Assembly (NCBI GenBank): GCA_964441445.1
Contig: CAYTYO010000001.1
Span: 1-51,708, forward strand
Origin: an uncultured Gammaproteobacteria bacterium
GTDB taxonomy: Bacteria > Patescibacteriota > Microgenomatia > CAZETR01 > Amesbacteraceae
Direction: 5' to 3'
Length of the DNA stretch: 51,708 bases
Shown here one piece after another: positions 11,188-20,609 of the stretch. The notes under the pieces are model-generated. The model was given only the letters and a program-made list of their open reading frames with translations, was not told the origin of the DNA and did no database searches. A program made the translations under genes and the position numbers. Position 1 is the first letter of the stretch; each line of letters begins with the position of its first letter.

Positions 11188-11871
11188 TTAGGATTTGTCG
11201 GGGGCTGGTGTGGACGGCGATGCTGTGGGGGTGGAAGCGGCTTCGCCCTCTGCTACCGGCGCTGTTTCTTCTGCTGCCGGAGTTTCGACTACAGGAGCAA
11301 CTTCCTCTTTGGCCAAGGCTTCAATCTGAACGATTATGCCAGTTGGGTCGGTTATAAGTTCCAATTTGGAAGTGTCTAATTTTAGATCCCCGATTGAAAT
11401 ATGGGCACCTACTTCAGCCAAACCTGAAACATCGACTTGGATGTTTTCCGGCATGTCCGTCGGTAAAGCTTCTATTTCAATTTCATCAACCTGTTGAACA
11501 AGGATACCCAACTTTTCTTTTTCCGCCGGTGCCTCCCCTACCAGAATTATGGAGACCGGTGCAGTAACTTTTTCTTTGAGGTCAACTTGATTGAAGGAAA
11601 TATGCAGCAAATCTCCGGTCACGGGGTGAACAGACCGTTCACGTACAAAAACCGGACGGGCATCTTTATCTGTGTCCAAATGAAGATATATTAATGAAGA
11701 CTCCCCTGCTTCAGAAAACACTTGAGAAAATGTTTTTTGATCAACCTGAATTGCGTGTGACTTTATTTTTTTGCCGAAAATATTTCCAGGGATCAAACCT
11801 TTTTGGCGAAGAAGTTTTGATTTTCTACCGGAAACTGTGCGGGACTGAACTTTTAATTCGTGTTTTAACAT
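11188..11871 (-). CDS. rplY: Ribosomal protein L25/Ctc-type with Ala/Pro/Thr/Glu-rich C-terminal tail
   Basis: Motifs RTVSGRKSKLLRQKGLIPGNIFGK and HPVTGDLLHISF. I prefer the start at 11871 (MLKHELK) over the ORF-track start at 11892. Confidence 0.85.
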   Translation of the reverse strand: MLKHELKVQSRTVSGRKSKLLRQKGLIPGNIFGKKIKSHAIQVDQKTFSQVFSEAGESSLIYLHLDTDKDARPVFVRERSVHPVTGDLLHISFNQVDLKEKVTAPVSIILVGEAPAEKEKLGILVQQVDEIEIEALPTDMPENIQVDVSGLAEVGAHISIGDLKLDTSKLELITDPTGIIVQIEALAKEEVAPVVETPAAEETAPVAEGEAASTPTASPSTPAPDKS

Positions 11872-11872
11872 C

Positions 11873-13912
11873 TCACTTTTGGACGTATTCAAGGATAATT
11901 CTCGGTGACGTCAGAGGTACATTATAGCTAAGTTGACCGGGAGAGGCAACCGAGGGGGTGAAATACGAGATAACCGGCCAATTCGGTGGGTAATTAAAAG
12001 AAGCAGTCAGATTGCCAGAACTAGATCTATAGTCAGGGTAATCCAGCTGATATCTAAATCTGGTTAGGCCAGAAGGTAGGGATTGATAGTAGTCAATGCG
12101 CAAGGCATTGTTTTCATTTTGACCGATGAGAAGTTGATAGCCGTGGAGATTTATTCCTGGTGAATAGCTATTTTTTTCGATTGACGGATTGAGTGCTGTT
12201 CCATTAAAACTTACCTGATTAATTTGTATTTGTTGTGAAGCGGCTAACCAGAAAACAACTTTAGTTTGGCTAGCCGTCGGGCGGCTAATATTAATATCCA
12301 GCCGAGAAGTAATGCCGGCTGGGGATATTTGATTTGAAAGTAAAGATGAAGCGGACAATCCCCCATCAAGCTGCGACGGCTCTAGGAGAGAAAAACTGGG
12401 ATAAATCATCTGGTGTAGACACGGCAACCATGAGTTGCAGTCGATAAGTTGTAATTTTCCGCTCCATTCAACTAAATCTAATTCCGGTATTACCGGATTT
12501 AGAGAGGTTAAATATATTTCTTTTTTTTCCAGAAGATGGATTGTTTTATATAACAACTGATTAAGATCCGCTCCGGGCTTAAATAAGGGAAACAGGTCGG
12601 TATGGAAACGATTATTTGCCGAGACTACAAAGTCTATTTTCCGGTATAGGCTTTTTTCAACATAGTTAGCGGCAGCGGCCATTACCTGCGAGGGGTCAGG
12701 CTCAAAAGCTAAATCTCCCAAGGTCATGTGATCGGATCCGGAAAAGGTTTGAAATTGTTCGGAGGCGGAAAGTTGACCGGGAAATAAAAGGTCAAGGGAG
12801 TGGCTGGTATAGTTTCTTGATTCGGTAATTCCTTCTTTGGTGACAGTGAGTAATGAAACACTGGAAATCTTGCCTCCAAGTGGGGTTGGAGAGAGGGGGT
12901 CATGGAAAATAAACAGGAATGTTACGGTCTGGGTTGAATTAGTTAGTCGGTGGAGTTGAGGAACTAAAAGTTGAAGTTTTTCGAAAATGGTTTTTTCGGT
13001 TTTCATTTTTTGAGCAAATTCGGTGTTGCCGACTGCAGTTAGCTTGCCAGCAATTATGGTCGATTCGGAAAGAATGTCTGTTTTACCGGAAGCATCAAAG
13101 AGGGAAGCAATGAACTGTTTATTGTTGCCAATCAGTCGCTCGAGCAGAAGCACCTCGCTGGAACTAATTTCTGATTTAAATGCATCAAAGCGCCCCAATA
13201 CATTTAGATTTTCAATTTTTTTAAATAAAGATAAACACTTTTGAGCTTGCAAGAAATTGGAGTCGGTGTAGTGCTTAAGGCCACAATTTAGCTGTGATTG
13301 ACTGATGAAATTGATGGACACCAGTAATCCCAATAACACTCCAAGTATGGCTGCGACAACCATCTTTTTTGATTTTTTGGGGTGATGTGCTGATGGTTTT
13401 TTTTGAGTTGGGGTTGATGAGGCTTTTCTAATAATATTTACGGGTGTGGGGGATTTTTTATGTTGATAGATGATTTTTCTGATGATTGCTTCCGCTTGTT
13501 CAGATAGTGATATTTCGGGAGAAAATTGTACTACTGATAATTTTATTTTTTCTACTTTGACAAATTGATTGGCAAGTATTAAAGCTGTTTTTGATGAGGG
13601 CAAAGAGGTATTTTGAGCTACCAGAATTAGTTGGCAGTTATTGGTAGCTGCTAAACGTAGATAACTATGGAGGACTTCGGTTGAAAGGAGAGTTTGATTT
13701 AGGGATGAAGGGCCAAAGCCAATAAAATAAATAATAGCGGAAACGTTTACTTGTGATTGAAATTCCGAGAATTTTCCGAGGTGGTTTAAAACAATGAAAT
13801 TGTTGTGTTGTTTTATTTGGAGCGTTAACTCGGTAGTTAGAGGTGAGTTTTCCCCTGCCAGAATTATGGACTGAAAAGGAAGATTAATTTTGGAAACAGA
13901 CATTTTAGGCAT
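11873..13912 (-). CDS. Hypothetical 679-aa bitopic membrane protein
   Basis: Long ORF with one TM near aa 185-205 (VVAAILGVLLGLLVSINFI). I recognise no catalytic motif. Confidence 0.6.
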   Translation of the reverse strand: MPKMSVSKINLPFQSIILAGENSPLTTELTLQIKQHNNFIVLNHLGKFSEFQSQVNVSAIIYFIGFGPSSLNQTLLSTEVLHSYLRLAATNNCQLILVAQNTSLPSSKTALILANQFVKVEKIKLSVVQFSPEISLSEQAEAIIRKIIYQHKKSPTPVNIIRKASSTPTQKKPSAHHPKKSKKMVVAAILGVLLGLLVSINFISQSQLNCGLKHYTDSNFLQAQKCLSLFKKIENLNVLGRFDAFKSEISSSEVLLLERLIGNNKQFIASLFDASGKTDILSESTIIAGKLTAVGNTEFAQKMKTEKTIFEKLQLLVPQLHRLTNSTQTVTFLFIFHDPLSPTPLGGKISSVSLLTVTKEGITESRNYTSHSLDLLFPGQLSASEQFQTFSGSDHMTLGDLAFEPDPSQVMAAAANYVEKSLYRKIDFVVSANNRFHTDLFPLFKPGADLNQLLYKTIHLLEKKEIYLTSLNPVIPELDLVEWSGKLQLIDCNSWLPCLHQMIYPSFSLLEPSQLDGGLSASSLLSNQISPAGITSRLDINISRPTASQTKVVFWLAASQQIQINQVSFNGTALNPSIEKNSYSPGINLHGYQLLIGQNENNALRIDYYQSLPSGLTRFRYQLDYPDYRSSSGNLTASFNYPPNWPVISYFTPSVASPGQLSYNVPLTSPRIILEYVQK

Positions 13913-14111
13913 TGATGTATTTATAGCTGGTTTAGTTAGTTAAGACAAATTTTTAGTTACTTGAATATTTAGCTATATAGAATACTTACATTTTTTTTAC
14001 GCGTGTTATTACATTTTTTCAAGGCTAAACTTTTCTCGTTGCTGTCAGTACATTAAAAACATGAAAATTCCCGCAGATAAATAACTAGTGTTTTTGAAGC
14101 GCAAAGAAGTT

Positions 14112-14564
14112 TTAAAGATTGTCCAAAGTTTGATTTACAAGACGATCGGAGTCAGAATTTTCCTCTCGGGGAATATGTGTAAATGTTATTTTTATATAAG
14201 CTGATTTAGTAATTTTTTCAATTAACCGAAAGGCTTGAGAGTAAAGAGAATAAATGGCGGGATCTTTTACCCGGTATTCGCGATTGATCTGTCGGACAAT
14301 CAGTTGAGAATCACAATAAAAGTTGACCTGAAGGGGAAGTGATCTATTTTCGGTTTGAAGTGTCAACCATTCCAAAGCGGAGATAACACCAGAATACTCG
14401 GCTTGATTGTTGGTAGCAACACCCAAAGCCTTACCTTGCTGATGAAGAATTACTTGTGGATTTATTGAGGTGACAACAAATGCGCATGCGGCGAGACCAG
14501 GATTACCACGGGATCCTCCGTCTGTATAAATACTTATGTGTTCAGGTAGTTTTATGTCGGACAT
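14112..14564 (-). CDS. rnhA: Ribonuclease HI
   Basis: Motifs IYTDGGSRGNPG, NNQAEYSGVISALEW, DSQLIVRQI and a C-terminal D in SDSDRLVN. Confidence 0.88.
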   Translation of the reverse strand: MSDIKLPEHISIYTDGGSRGNPGLAACAFVVTSINPQVILHQQGKALGVATNNQAEYSGVISALEWLTLQTENRSLPLQVNFYCDSQLIVRQINREYRVKDPAIYSLYSQAFRLIEKITKSAYIKITFTHIPREENSDSDRLVNQTLDNL

Positions 14565-15765
14565 TTTTTTGATAATTTATTACAAGCAATAACACGACAA
14601 GTATAAGATTTGAATGCGAAGTTAGCCAGTAGTGATCGAATAACCCCAGGGTGGCGATGATGAAGAGGGGAATAAGTAAAGCGCTGGAAAAACTAGTTGG
14701 TTTAAAAGTGCGAACTTTTTTAAACAAATATGATAGGACAATAATTCCGCCAAGGCCCATTTCTGCCAGAAACAACAGAAAGGCATTGTGGACGGGCTGG
14801 TAAAAAGACCCGAATTGGGAAATTGGTTCGGCACTACCCAGCACAAATACCCCCAGTCCCGTACCGGTTAGTGGACGCTTTGCGATAGTCAGAAGCGAGT
14901 TGGGCAATTGATATAAACGATCCAGGATAGAAATGGGGCGAAGTGTGAAGACCAGGACCACGGCAAGAGATAGAAGTAAAAGGGCTATTTTGGCTTTATT
15001 AAATGCAGAATACTTGTGACCAGTTGAGAACGCTAATAAGCTTAATCCGGCAACTAAAAAGGCACTAAATGAAAAGGTCGAAACAAGACCAAGTAGAGAG
15101 ATAACTATCAACCCGCGAATAAGCTTTGAAGTAATGAATGATAGAGACCGATTAATAATAAACACCGTTGCAAGCGATACTAATATATATCCTGCTAAGG
15201 CGTTGGGGTGAGGGAAAGTAGCATAAGCGCGGAGAGTTGGTCCAAAATGCCAAAGGTCAATCTTGGCGATTAACCCGGAATTTAAGGTAAGCGGCCTTTC
15301 GCCCAACCAGTATAAAAGTCCGCCGACGGAATGAGCCAAAAGCGACTGAGCCAAAGCCAAGCAACTGACCCAAAAGAGGCTCACCGAGAGAGCGGTGATT
15401 AAAAGCCGAAGGTTAAATTTTAATGTCCAGTCGAACTCGGAAAAAAGAACTATATAAAGTAACAGCTGAAACCATTTGAAAGCTGAAAGGAGAGGGAAGA
15501 GAGAAAATACCACATTGGCCAATATTAATAATGTAATTACTTTGACCGGATATGCATCGACCCTAATACGTTTAAATAGCTGTAATCGGCCTGAGATCAC
15601 TCTAATAAGCAGAATTGACAGAGCAATTGTGTCCGTCACATACACGGAAAAAGAAAGGTAGTCCGAACGAGGAAAATTTAATCCAGGAATCCAGTAGTGG
15701 GTAGACAGTTGGGAGGGGAGGAGACAAATGAGAAGAAAGAGAAGGAAGGACTCGACTTTCGACAT
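14542..15765 (-). CDS. O-antigen ligase/Wzy-like polytopic membrane protein
   Basis: About 10-12 hydrophobic helices and a central loop with PHPNALAGY / HNAFLLFLAEMG-type motifs. Confidence 0.65.
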   Translation of the reverse strand: MSKVESFLLFLLICLLPSQLSTHYWIPGLNFPRSDYLSFSVYVTDTIALSILLIRVISGRLQLFKRIRVDAYPVKVITLLILANVVFSLFPLLSAFKWFQLLLYIVLFSEFDWTLKFNLRLLITALSVSLFWVSCLALAQSLLAHSVGGLLYWLGERPLTLNSGLIAKIDLWHFGPTLRAYATFPHPNALAGYILVSLATVFIINRSLSFITSKLIRGLIVISLLGLVSTFSFSAFLVAGLSLLAFSTGHKYSAFNKAKIALLLLSLAVVLVFTLRPISILDRLYQLPNSLLTIAKRPLTGTGLGVFVLGSAEPISQFGSFYQPVHNAFLLFLAEMGLGGIIVLSYLFKKVRTFKPTSFSSALLIPLFIIATLGLFDHYWLTSHSNLILVVLLLVINYQKNVRHKTT

Positions 15766-15774
15766 GTAAGACGA

Positions 15775-16245
15775 TTATAAGGCCTGTTCTTTGGGAGAGA
15801 TGATGATAGTGCGGTTTTTTCCCGTCCCCTGAGAGGCGGATGAAACGCGGGGGTGGTCAGCAAGATACAGGTGGACGATGCGGCGTTCAGATGCCGGCAT
15901 CGGAGGTAAAGAGTGAGCTTCACCCGTAGCTAAAACCCGAGAAACAGCCGTATCGGCTAAGGAGTGAAGGGTAAATTGTCTTCTTTCGCGGTAGTCGTTA
16001 ACATTTAAAGAAATGTTTAACCATTCAGTAAATAACGCGTGCAGGTGTTGAGAAAGGATAAGCTGCATGGCGGAAAGATTCTCCCCATGATAGCCAATTA
16101 AGATCGAGGGGTTGTCGATATGGAAAAGGACCTGATAGGTGTCAGTCGGGGCGTCATGCCGGACTTCGACGGTAACGGAAGAGTCAAAGCCGATGTGGCT
16201 GAGAAATTCCAGACAATAAGAATTAATTTTGTTTGTTTTATCCAT
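15775..16245 (-). CDS. jag: Jag-like KH/R3H RNA-binding protein
   Basis: R3H-like LPPMPASERRIVHLYLADHPRVSS. Sits immediately downstream of yidC. Confidence 0.8.
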   Translation of the reverse strand: MDKTNKINSYCLEFLSHIGFDSSVTVEVRHDAPTDTYQVLFHIDNPSILIGYHGENLSAMQLILSQHLHALFTEWLNISLNVNDYRERRQFTLHSLADTAVSRVLATGEAHSLPPMPASERRIVHLYLADHPRVSSASQGTGKNRTIIISPKEQAL

Positions 16246-17065
16246 TTGGGCGTGATTTTAACAGGTTCAGCTTCACCAGCCAAGGAGTGAGACCTCCCCA
16301 TCCGGAAATACCATATTGCTGAATGGAACTAAATATTGAAAAGACTGTCCAGTAGAGAACAAGTCCTGCCGGGAACTGGAAACCTATAAATAAAGTCATG
16401 AGAGGGAATAAATATGACATTTGTTTTTGGGCTTCGACCATGGTGTCATCCGTACTTTCTGTGGTTTTTTCGGCAACTTTTTTCTCTGTTTTATAAACAG
16501 GGTTCATCATCAAGCTATTAATCAGCTGGGTGAGAGCAGAAAGGAGTAAAAATAACCCAGGTAAAGGAATAGGCAAACCGGGAACAGTGAAGGTGTCGGG
16601 TTTGTTAAGATCGAGGTAGAAAAATCTGGAATTGACTTGAAAATCTTGTGGGAGTTGATTGAAAGAATAAAGTTGAGGATTTAATGTGGGAGCAAGCGGC
16701 TGTGAACCATTTTTAAGGATCATATTAAAAACAGAAAACAAAGCGATGAGGATTACCAGCTGGACAATTTGAGGCAAACAGCCGGCGGCTGGGTTCGCTC
16801 CATGTTGTTTGTAGAGTTGGGCCTGAGCGGTAACCAGACCCTGTTTGTCGTTTTTAAATTGCTCTTTCAATTTGGCTAATTCCGGAGCTAAGGCCTGAAT
16901 TTTTTTGTTAAGTTTCAGACTGGGAAGAACCAACGGAGTCATTAATAGTCTAAGACCGATCGTAACCAGAACTATGGCGGCTCCCAAACTACCCGTTACC
17001 TGATTAAAAAAAATCAGGGTGTTTAAAAGAGGCTGAATGAGTAGAATATTCCAAAGTTGAGACAT
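16238..17065 (-). CDS. yidC: Membrane protein insertase YidC (short form)
   Basis: Motifs GAAIVLVTIGLRLLMTPL, ELAKLKEQFKNDKQ, NPAAGCLPQIVQL and PAGLVLYW. Confidence 0.92.
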   Translation of the reverse strand: MSQLWNILLIQPLLNTLIFFNQVTGSLGAAIVLVTIGLRLLMTPLVLPSLKLNKKIQALAPELAKLKEQFKNDKQGLVTAQAQLYKQHGANPAAGCLPQIVQLVILIALFSVFNMILKNGSQPLAPTLNPQLYSFNQLPQDFQVNSRFFYLDLNKPDTFTVPGLPIPLPGLFLLLSALTQLINSLMMNPVYKTEKKVAEKTTESTDDTMVEAQKQMSYLFPLMTLFIGFQFPAGLVLYWTVFSIFSSIQQYGISGWGGLTPWLVKLNLLKSRPNG

Positions 17066-17071
17066 ATTAAG

Positions 17072-17299
17072 TTAGTTGAGCGGGTCGGAGCCCGGCTTAG
17101 ACCATGGTTGACAGCGTAAAAACCTCCGGAAACCACGCGAAACTCCGTGAAGAATACCATATTTTGATATGGCTTGATAGGTGTACTCGGAGCATGTGGG
17201 CTGAAAGCGGCAGGTAGGAAAGGCGGGTGTAAGCAGCCCCGTGTCAAAGGACAGAAATTTTTGGTATAAGCGAATTGATTTCAAAATTAATTTTTTCAT
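17072..17299 (-). CDS. yidD: Membrane protein insertion efficiency factor YidD
   Basis: Motif IRLYQKFLS...CRFQPTCSEYTYQAISKYG. 75 aa. Confidence 0.9.
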   Translation of the reverse strand: MKKLILKSIRLYQKFLSFDTGLLTPAFPTCRFQPTCSEYTYQAISKYGILHGVSRGFRRFLRCQPWSKPGSDPLN

Positions 17300-17567
17300 C
17301 GTTGGAGTTTAGAGCGGACTTATTCGGATAAATAATGAGATTAATATTATCGCTAAAGATGTCGGCAAGGAGAGAATAAATTTTCCGCCGAAGATGATTT
17401 CTCCTGACGGCAGATTTGTGGACTTTGGTTGAGACGACTACTGAAAGCCGGGCAGGGAATTGGGTTTTGACACCAATAGCCGTGAATAGCTGGGTGTGAA
17501 TAACGAAACCGGTTTTTTTAGTCTGTAAAAACATTTGCCGAGGCAGCCGGCGATTTTTGGGAAGCAT
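17244..17567 (-). CDS. rnpA: RNase P protein component
   Basis: Motifs MLPKNRRLPRQ and VVSTKVHKSAVRRNHLRRKI. Start reset to 17567. The upstream part of the track ORF overlaps rpmH in another frame. Confidence 0.85.
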   Translation of the reverse strand: MLPKNRRLPRQMFLQTKKTGFVIHTQLFTAIGVKTQFPARLSVVVSTKVHKSAVRRNHLRRKIYSLLADIFSDNINLIIYPNKSALNSNDEKINFEINSLIPKISVL

Positions 17568-17571
17568 ATGC

Positions 17572-17712
17572 TTAGACGCTGAGACGACGTCTACCCACTG
17601 AGCGGCGTCTTTTGAGGACGTTCTGGCCGGTGCGGGAAGACATGCGCTCTCGGAAACCGTGCTTACGGGCACGTTTAATTTTCTTGGGCTGATAGGTGTG
17701 TTTCATTGACAT
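17572..17712 (-). CDS. rpmH: Ribosomal protein L34 (46 aa, absent from the ORF track)
   Basis: My translation is [46 protein letters not shown]-stop. Canonical position upstream of rnpA. Confidence 0.93.
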   Translation of the reverse strand: MSMKHTYQPKKIKRARKHGFRERMSSRTGQNVLKRRRSVGRRRLSV

Positions 17713-17783
17713 GGGTGTGATTATAACTTAAAAGGCAGGGGAGTGCACCAGGACCTGGTTTTAGTTGTTGGGACTTGACTGGA

Positions 17784-17792
17784 TGTGGATAA
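17784..17792. promoter_or_regulatory. Perfect DnaA box (TGTGGATAA, the complement of TTATCCACA)
   Basis: Read directly in the rpmH-dnaA intergenic region. Confidence 0.7.
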
Positions 17793-17828
17793 CTGGTATA
17801 TATCGAGGTCTAAAGGACGATAAATAAT

Positions 17829-19211
17829 ATGGAATTAAAATCCGACATTAACATTGTAAAAACTTGGAACGGTGTGCTGTCATCGTTAAAAACAGAGGTA
17901 TCTGAAGGGTCTTTTAATACATACCTAAAAGGAACGCATCTGGTGGATATACAGGCTTCGGGGACAAAGTTAATTTGTGAGGTGGGATGTAATTCCACAT
18001 TTGTAAAAAACACTGTGGAACAGAGGTTTTCAGGATTAATTGCGAGAGAACTTACCAGAATTACAGAAAAGGACTGTGAAGTGGTGTTTAAGATTTCGGA
18101 ACGAAAAACTGAAGACGATGAATTGGCGGGCCCTTTGTTTGAAACCAAAAAAGAAGATCCCACGCGGGGATTTTTTAAGAAAGCAAATTTAAGAGAAGAT
18201 TTTTCTTTTGATGCATATGCAGTTTCCGGAAGTAACCAAATGGCTTACGCTGCGGCTCAGGCGGTTGCAAAAAAGCCGGGCGATACATACAACCCATTAT
18301 TTATTTACGGGGGTGTCGGGGTCGGAAAAACCCATTTGATGCAGGCAGTCGGCCACGAGGTATTAAAAAAAGGCGGAAGCGGAGTATTGTTTTGTACCGG
18401 AGAAGAATTTACCAACGATTTAGTTGAAGCCATTAGGTATAAATCGACTGAGAAGGTACGGGCCAAGTACCGTAAGTTGAAACTACTCATGATCGATGAC
18501 GTGCAATTTATAGCCGGAAAAACCACTGTTCAGGAAGAGTTCTTTCATACGTTTAATTCCATTCAAAGGGATGGAGGGCAAGTAATAATGACTTCAGATA
18601 AACCACCGGCGGAAATCCCCAAATTAGAAGAAAGACTAAAAAGCCGTTTCGGGGCCGGATTGATTGTGGATGTAGGGCCGGCGGATTTTGAGCTGAGAAC
18701 TGCCATACTATTAATTAAGGCTAAACAAAGAAATTTTGAGATGGCAATGGATACGGCACAGATGATTGCCGCGAATATCGAAGGGATAAGAGAATTGCAA
18801 GGTTTTTTGATAAAAGTAGAAACAGAAGAGAATGTTAAGGGCACGAAATTAACTAACGAAGAAATTAAACATTTGTTGAATGTGCCTACGTCTGAAAACG
18901 GAAGACCGCGGGTAATTACAGCCGCGGAAGTAATAAACGTGATTGGTTCCTTTTATGGAGTGGGGATATCGCAGCTTAAGGGAGAGAAAAGAACAAAATC
19001 GATAGCCTGGCCGAGACAAGTGCTGATGTATATATTGAGAACAGATCTGCGATTATCGCTTGATGATGTGGGAAGGTTGGTAGGAGGGCGAGACCACACC
19101 ACAGTAATGTATGCGACCGACAAAGTAAAAGCTCATTCTGAACAAAATCTGGAGTTTGCGGCCGAGCTGACCGAAATTAAAAGAAAAATATTTAACACGG
19201 TCGGAGCTTAG
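17829..19211 (+). CDS. dnaA: Chromosomal replication initiator DnaA
   Basis: Motifs NPLFIYGGVGVGKTHLMQA, LLMIDDVQF, MTSDKPP, and the C-terminal DNA-binding block IAWPRQVLMYILR...GGRDHTTVMYA. Confidence 0.96.
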   Translation: MELKSDINIVKTWNGVLSSLKTEVSEGSFNTYLKGTHLVDIQASGTKLICEVGCNSTFVKNTVEQRFSGLIARELTRITEKDCEVVFKISERKTEDDELAGPLFETKKEDPTRGFFKKANLREDFSFDAYAVSGSNQMAYAAAQAVAKKPGDTYNPLFIYGGVGVGKTHLMQAVGHEVLKKGGSGVLFCTGEEFTNDLVEAIRYKSTEKVRAKYRKLKLLMIDDVQFIAGKTTVQEEFFHTFNSIQRDGGQVIMTSDKPPAEIPKLEERLKSRFGAGLIVDVGPADFELRTAILLIKAKQRNFEMAMDTAQMIAANIEGIRELQGFLIKVETEENVKGTKLTNEEIKHLLNVPTSENGRPRVITAAEVINVIGSFYGVGISQLKGEKRTKSIAWPRQVLMYILRTDLRLSLDDVGRLVGGRDHTTVMYATDKVKAHSEQNLEFAAELTEIKRKIFNTVGA

Positions 19212-19487
19212 TATTATTAACAATAATGTGTTTTCCCTGGGGATAAGGGGTGAACCGTTTGTGAATATCTTGAATAACAATAAGGAAGAGTGTATAAACC
19301 TTGCCACTAGCAGTGGGCAGATTGTGGAGTGATGATAAAACTATCCACAATTAGGTGTATAAGTGGTTAGGCATCTTATTAAGATGAAGTAAACCCGAAA
19401 GCTGGGTTTGAAACTTAAAAGATGTTAACTTATCCACAGAGCCTACTACTTAAACGACTATATAATTGAAAGAAAGAATCGATAAAT
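19212..19487. promoter_or_regulatory. oriC-like dnaA-dnaN intergenic region with DnaA boxes
   Basis: TTATCCACA is perfect at 19430-19438. cTATCCACA is at 19341-19349 and TGgGGATAA at 19238-19246. AT-rich stretch at 19440-19485. Confidence 0.6.
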
Positions 19488-20609
19488 ATGAAGGCAACCG
19501 TTTTACAGACAGATTTCAATAAATGGTTAAGTGTGGTGACAAGAGTTGTGCCAAGCAGGGGACAGTTGCCAGTTTTGGCGAACGTATTAATTGAAGCAGA
19601 AAAGGAGGGATTGGTGCTGTCGGCAACAAATTTGGAAATAGGCTTACGTGTACAGGTCGGAGGGAAGGTAATTGAACAAGGGGCTGTAACTGTTCCGGCT
19701 AAAAATTTCAGTGAATTTGTGAGTTCTTTGCCGTCCGGGAATGTTGATTTGGAGACAGACGGGGAGAAATTAAAAGTTGCAGGGGGAAAGTTGTCGGCAG
19801 TTTTTACCGGAATTGCAGCCACAGAATTTCCGGTCATATCCAGGTTGGAAAATGTTAAGGATGAGAAAAAGGTAATCAAACTGAAGAGAAAGATTATTGA
19901 GGAGATCTCCAAAGAGGTTGCTTACTGTGCCGCAATGGATGAGAGCAGACCGGTGTTGACAGGGGTGCTGTTTAACGTTGAAGGAACAGTAATGAAAGTG
20001 ACGGCCACGGATGGATTTAGATTAGGCCGAAAGACAATAAAACTGGATGAAGAAATTACAGGATTAGAGAAGGGGCTGATTTTACCTGCCAGGACATTAA
20101 CGGAAATGGCCAAGATACTAAGTGAAGGAAAAAAGGAGGAATTAGAGTTAGGACTAGTGGGAGAAAGCAATCAGGCGGTGCTGGGGTATGACAATGCAGA
20201 AATGGCCTCGAGAGTATTGGAAGGAAATTTTCCCGATATGGAGAAGATTGTACCGAAAGAGTGGAAAACCGAGGTGGTTGTGGACAGAGAAGAAATACTG
20301 CGTGCAGTGAGAGCGGTGGGAATTTTTGCCCGGGATAGCGCTAATGTGGTGAGATTTGTGGTGGAAGGAAACAAATTAGGAGTGGAGGCTAGCGCAGCAC
20401 AAACGGGAGAGAGTAAGGTTACAGTAGAAGCGGAAACAGAAGGTGAGGACGTTTCCATTGCGTTTAACTACAGATATGTTTTGGATTTTCTGGGGAGTAC
20501 GGAGGCGGAAAGAATAAGGTTGAGGATAAACGACAGTTTAACTGCAGGAGTATTCGGAATTGATAAAAGTGAGGAACTTATTCACCTAATAATGCCGGTG
20601 AGAGTCTAA
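19488..20609 (+). CDS. dnaN: DNA polymerase III beta sliding clamp
   Basis: 373 aa directly after dnaA. Motifs LPVLANVLIEA, ATNLEIG, TATDGFRL and the end LIMPVRV. Confidence 0.93.
   Translation: MKATVLQTDFNKWLSVVTRVVPSRGQLPVLANVLIEAEKEGLVLSATNLEIGLRVQVGGKVIEQGAVTVPAKNFSEFVSSLPSGNVDLETDGEKLKVAGGKLSAVFTGIAATEFPVISRLENVKDEKKVIKLKRKIIEEISKEVAYCAAMDESRPVLTGVLFNVEGTVMKVTATDGFRLGRKTIKLDEEITGLEKGLILPARTLTEMAKILSEGKKEELELGLVGESNQAVLGYDNAEMASRVLEGNFPDMEKIVPKEWKTEVVVDREEILRAVRAVGIFARDSANVVRFVVEGNKLGVEASAAQTGESKVTVEAETEGEDVSIAFNYRYVLDFLGSTEAERIRLRINDSLTAGVFGIDKSEELIHLIMPVRV

Noticed and set aside
17568-17672. N-terminal 35-aa extension of the rnpA ORF in the track
   Set aside because: It overlaps rpmH in another frame. 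Conserved RnpA sequence starts at the MLPKNRR methionine (17567).
19391-19409. Hairpin AAACCC-N7-GGGTTT after dnaA as a terminator
   Set aside because: It has only 6 bp, a 7-nt loop and no T-tract, and it lies inside the putative oriC.
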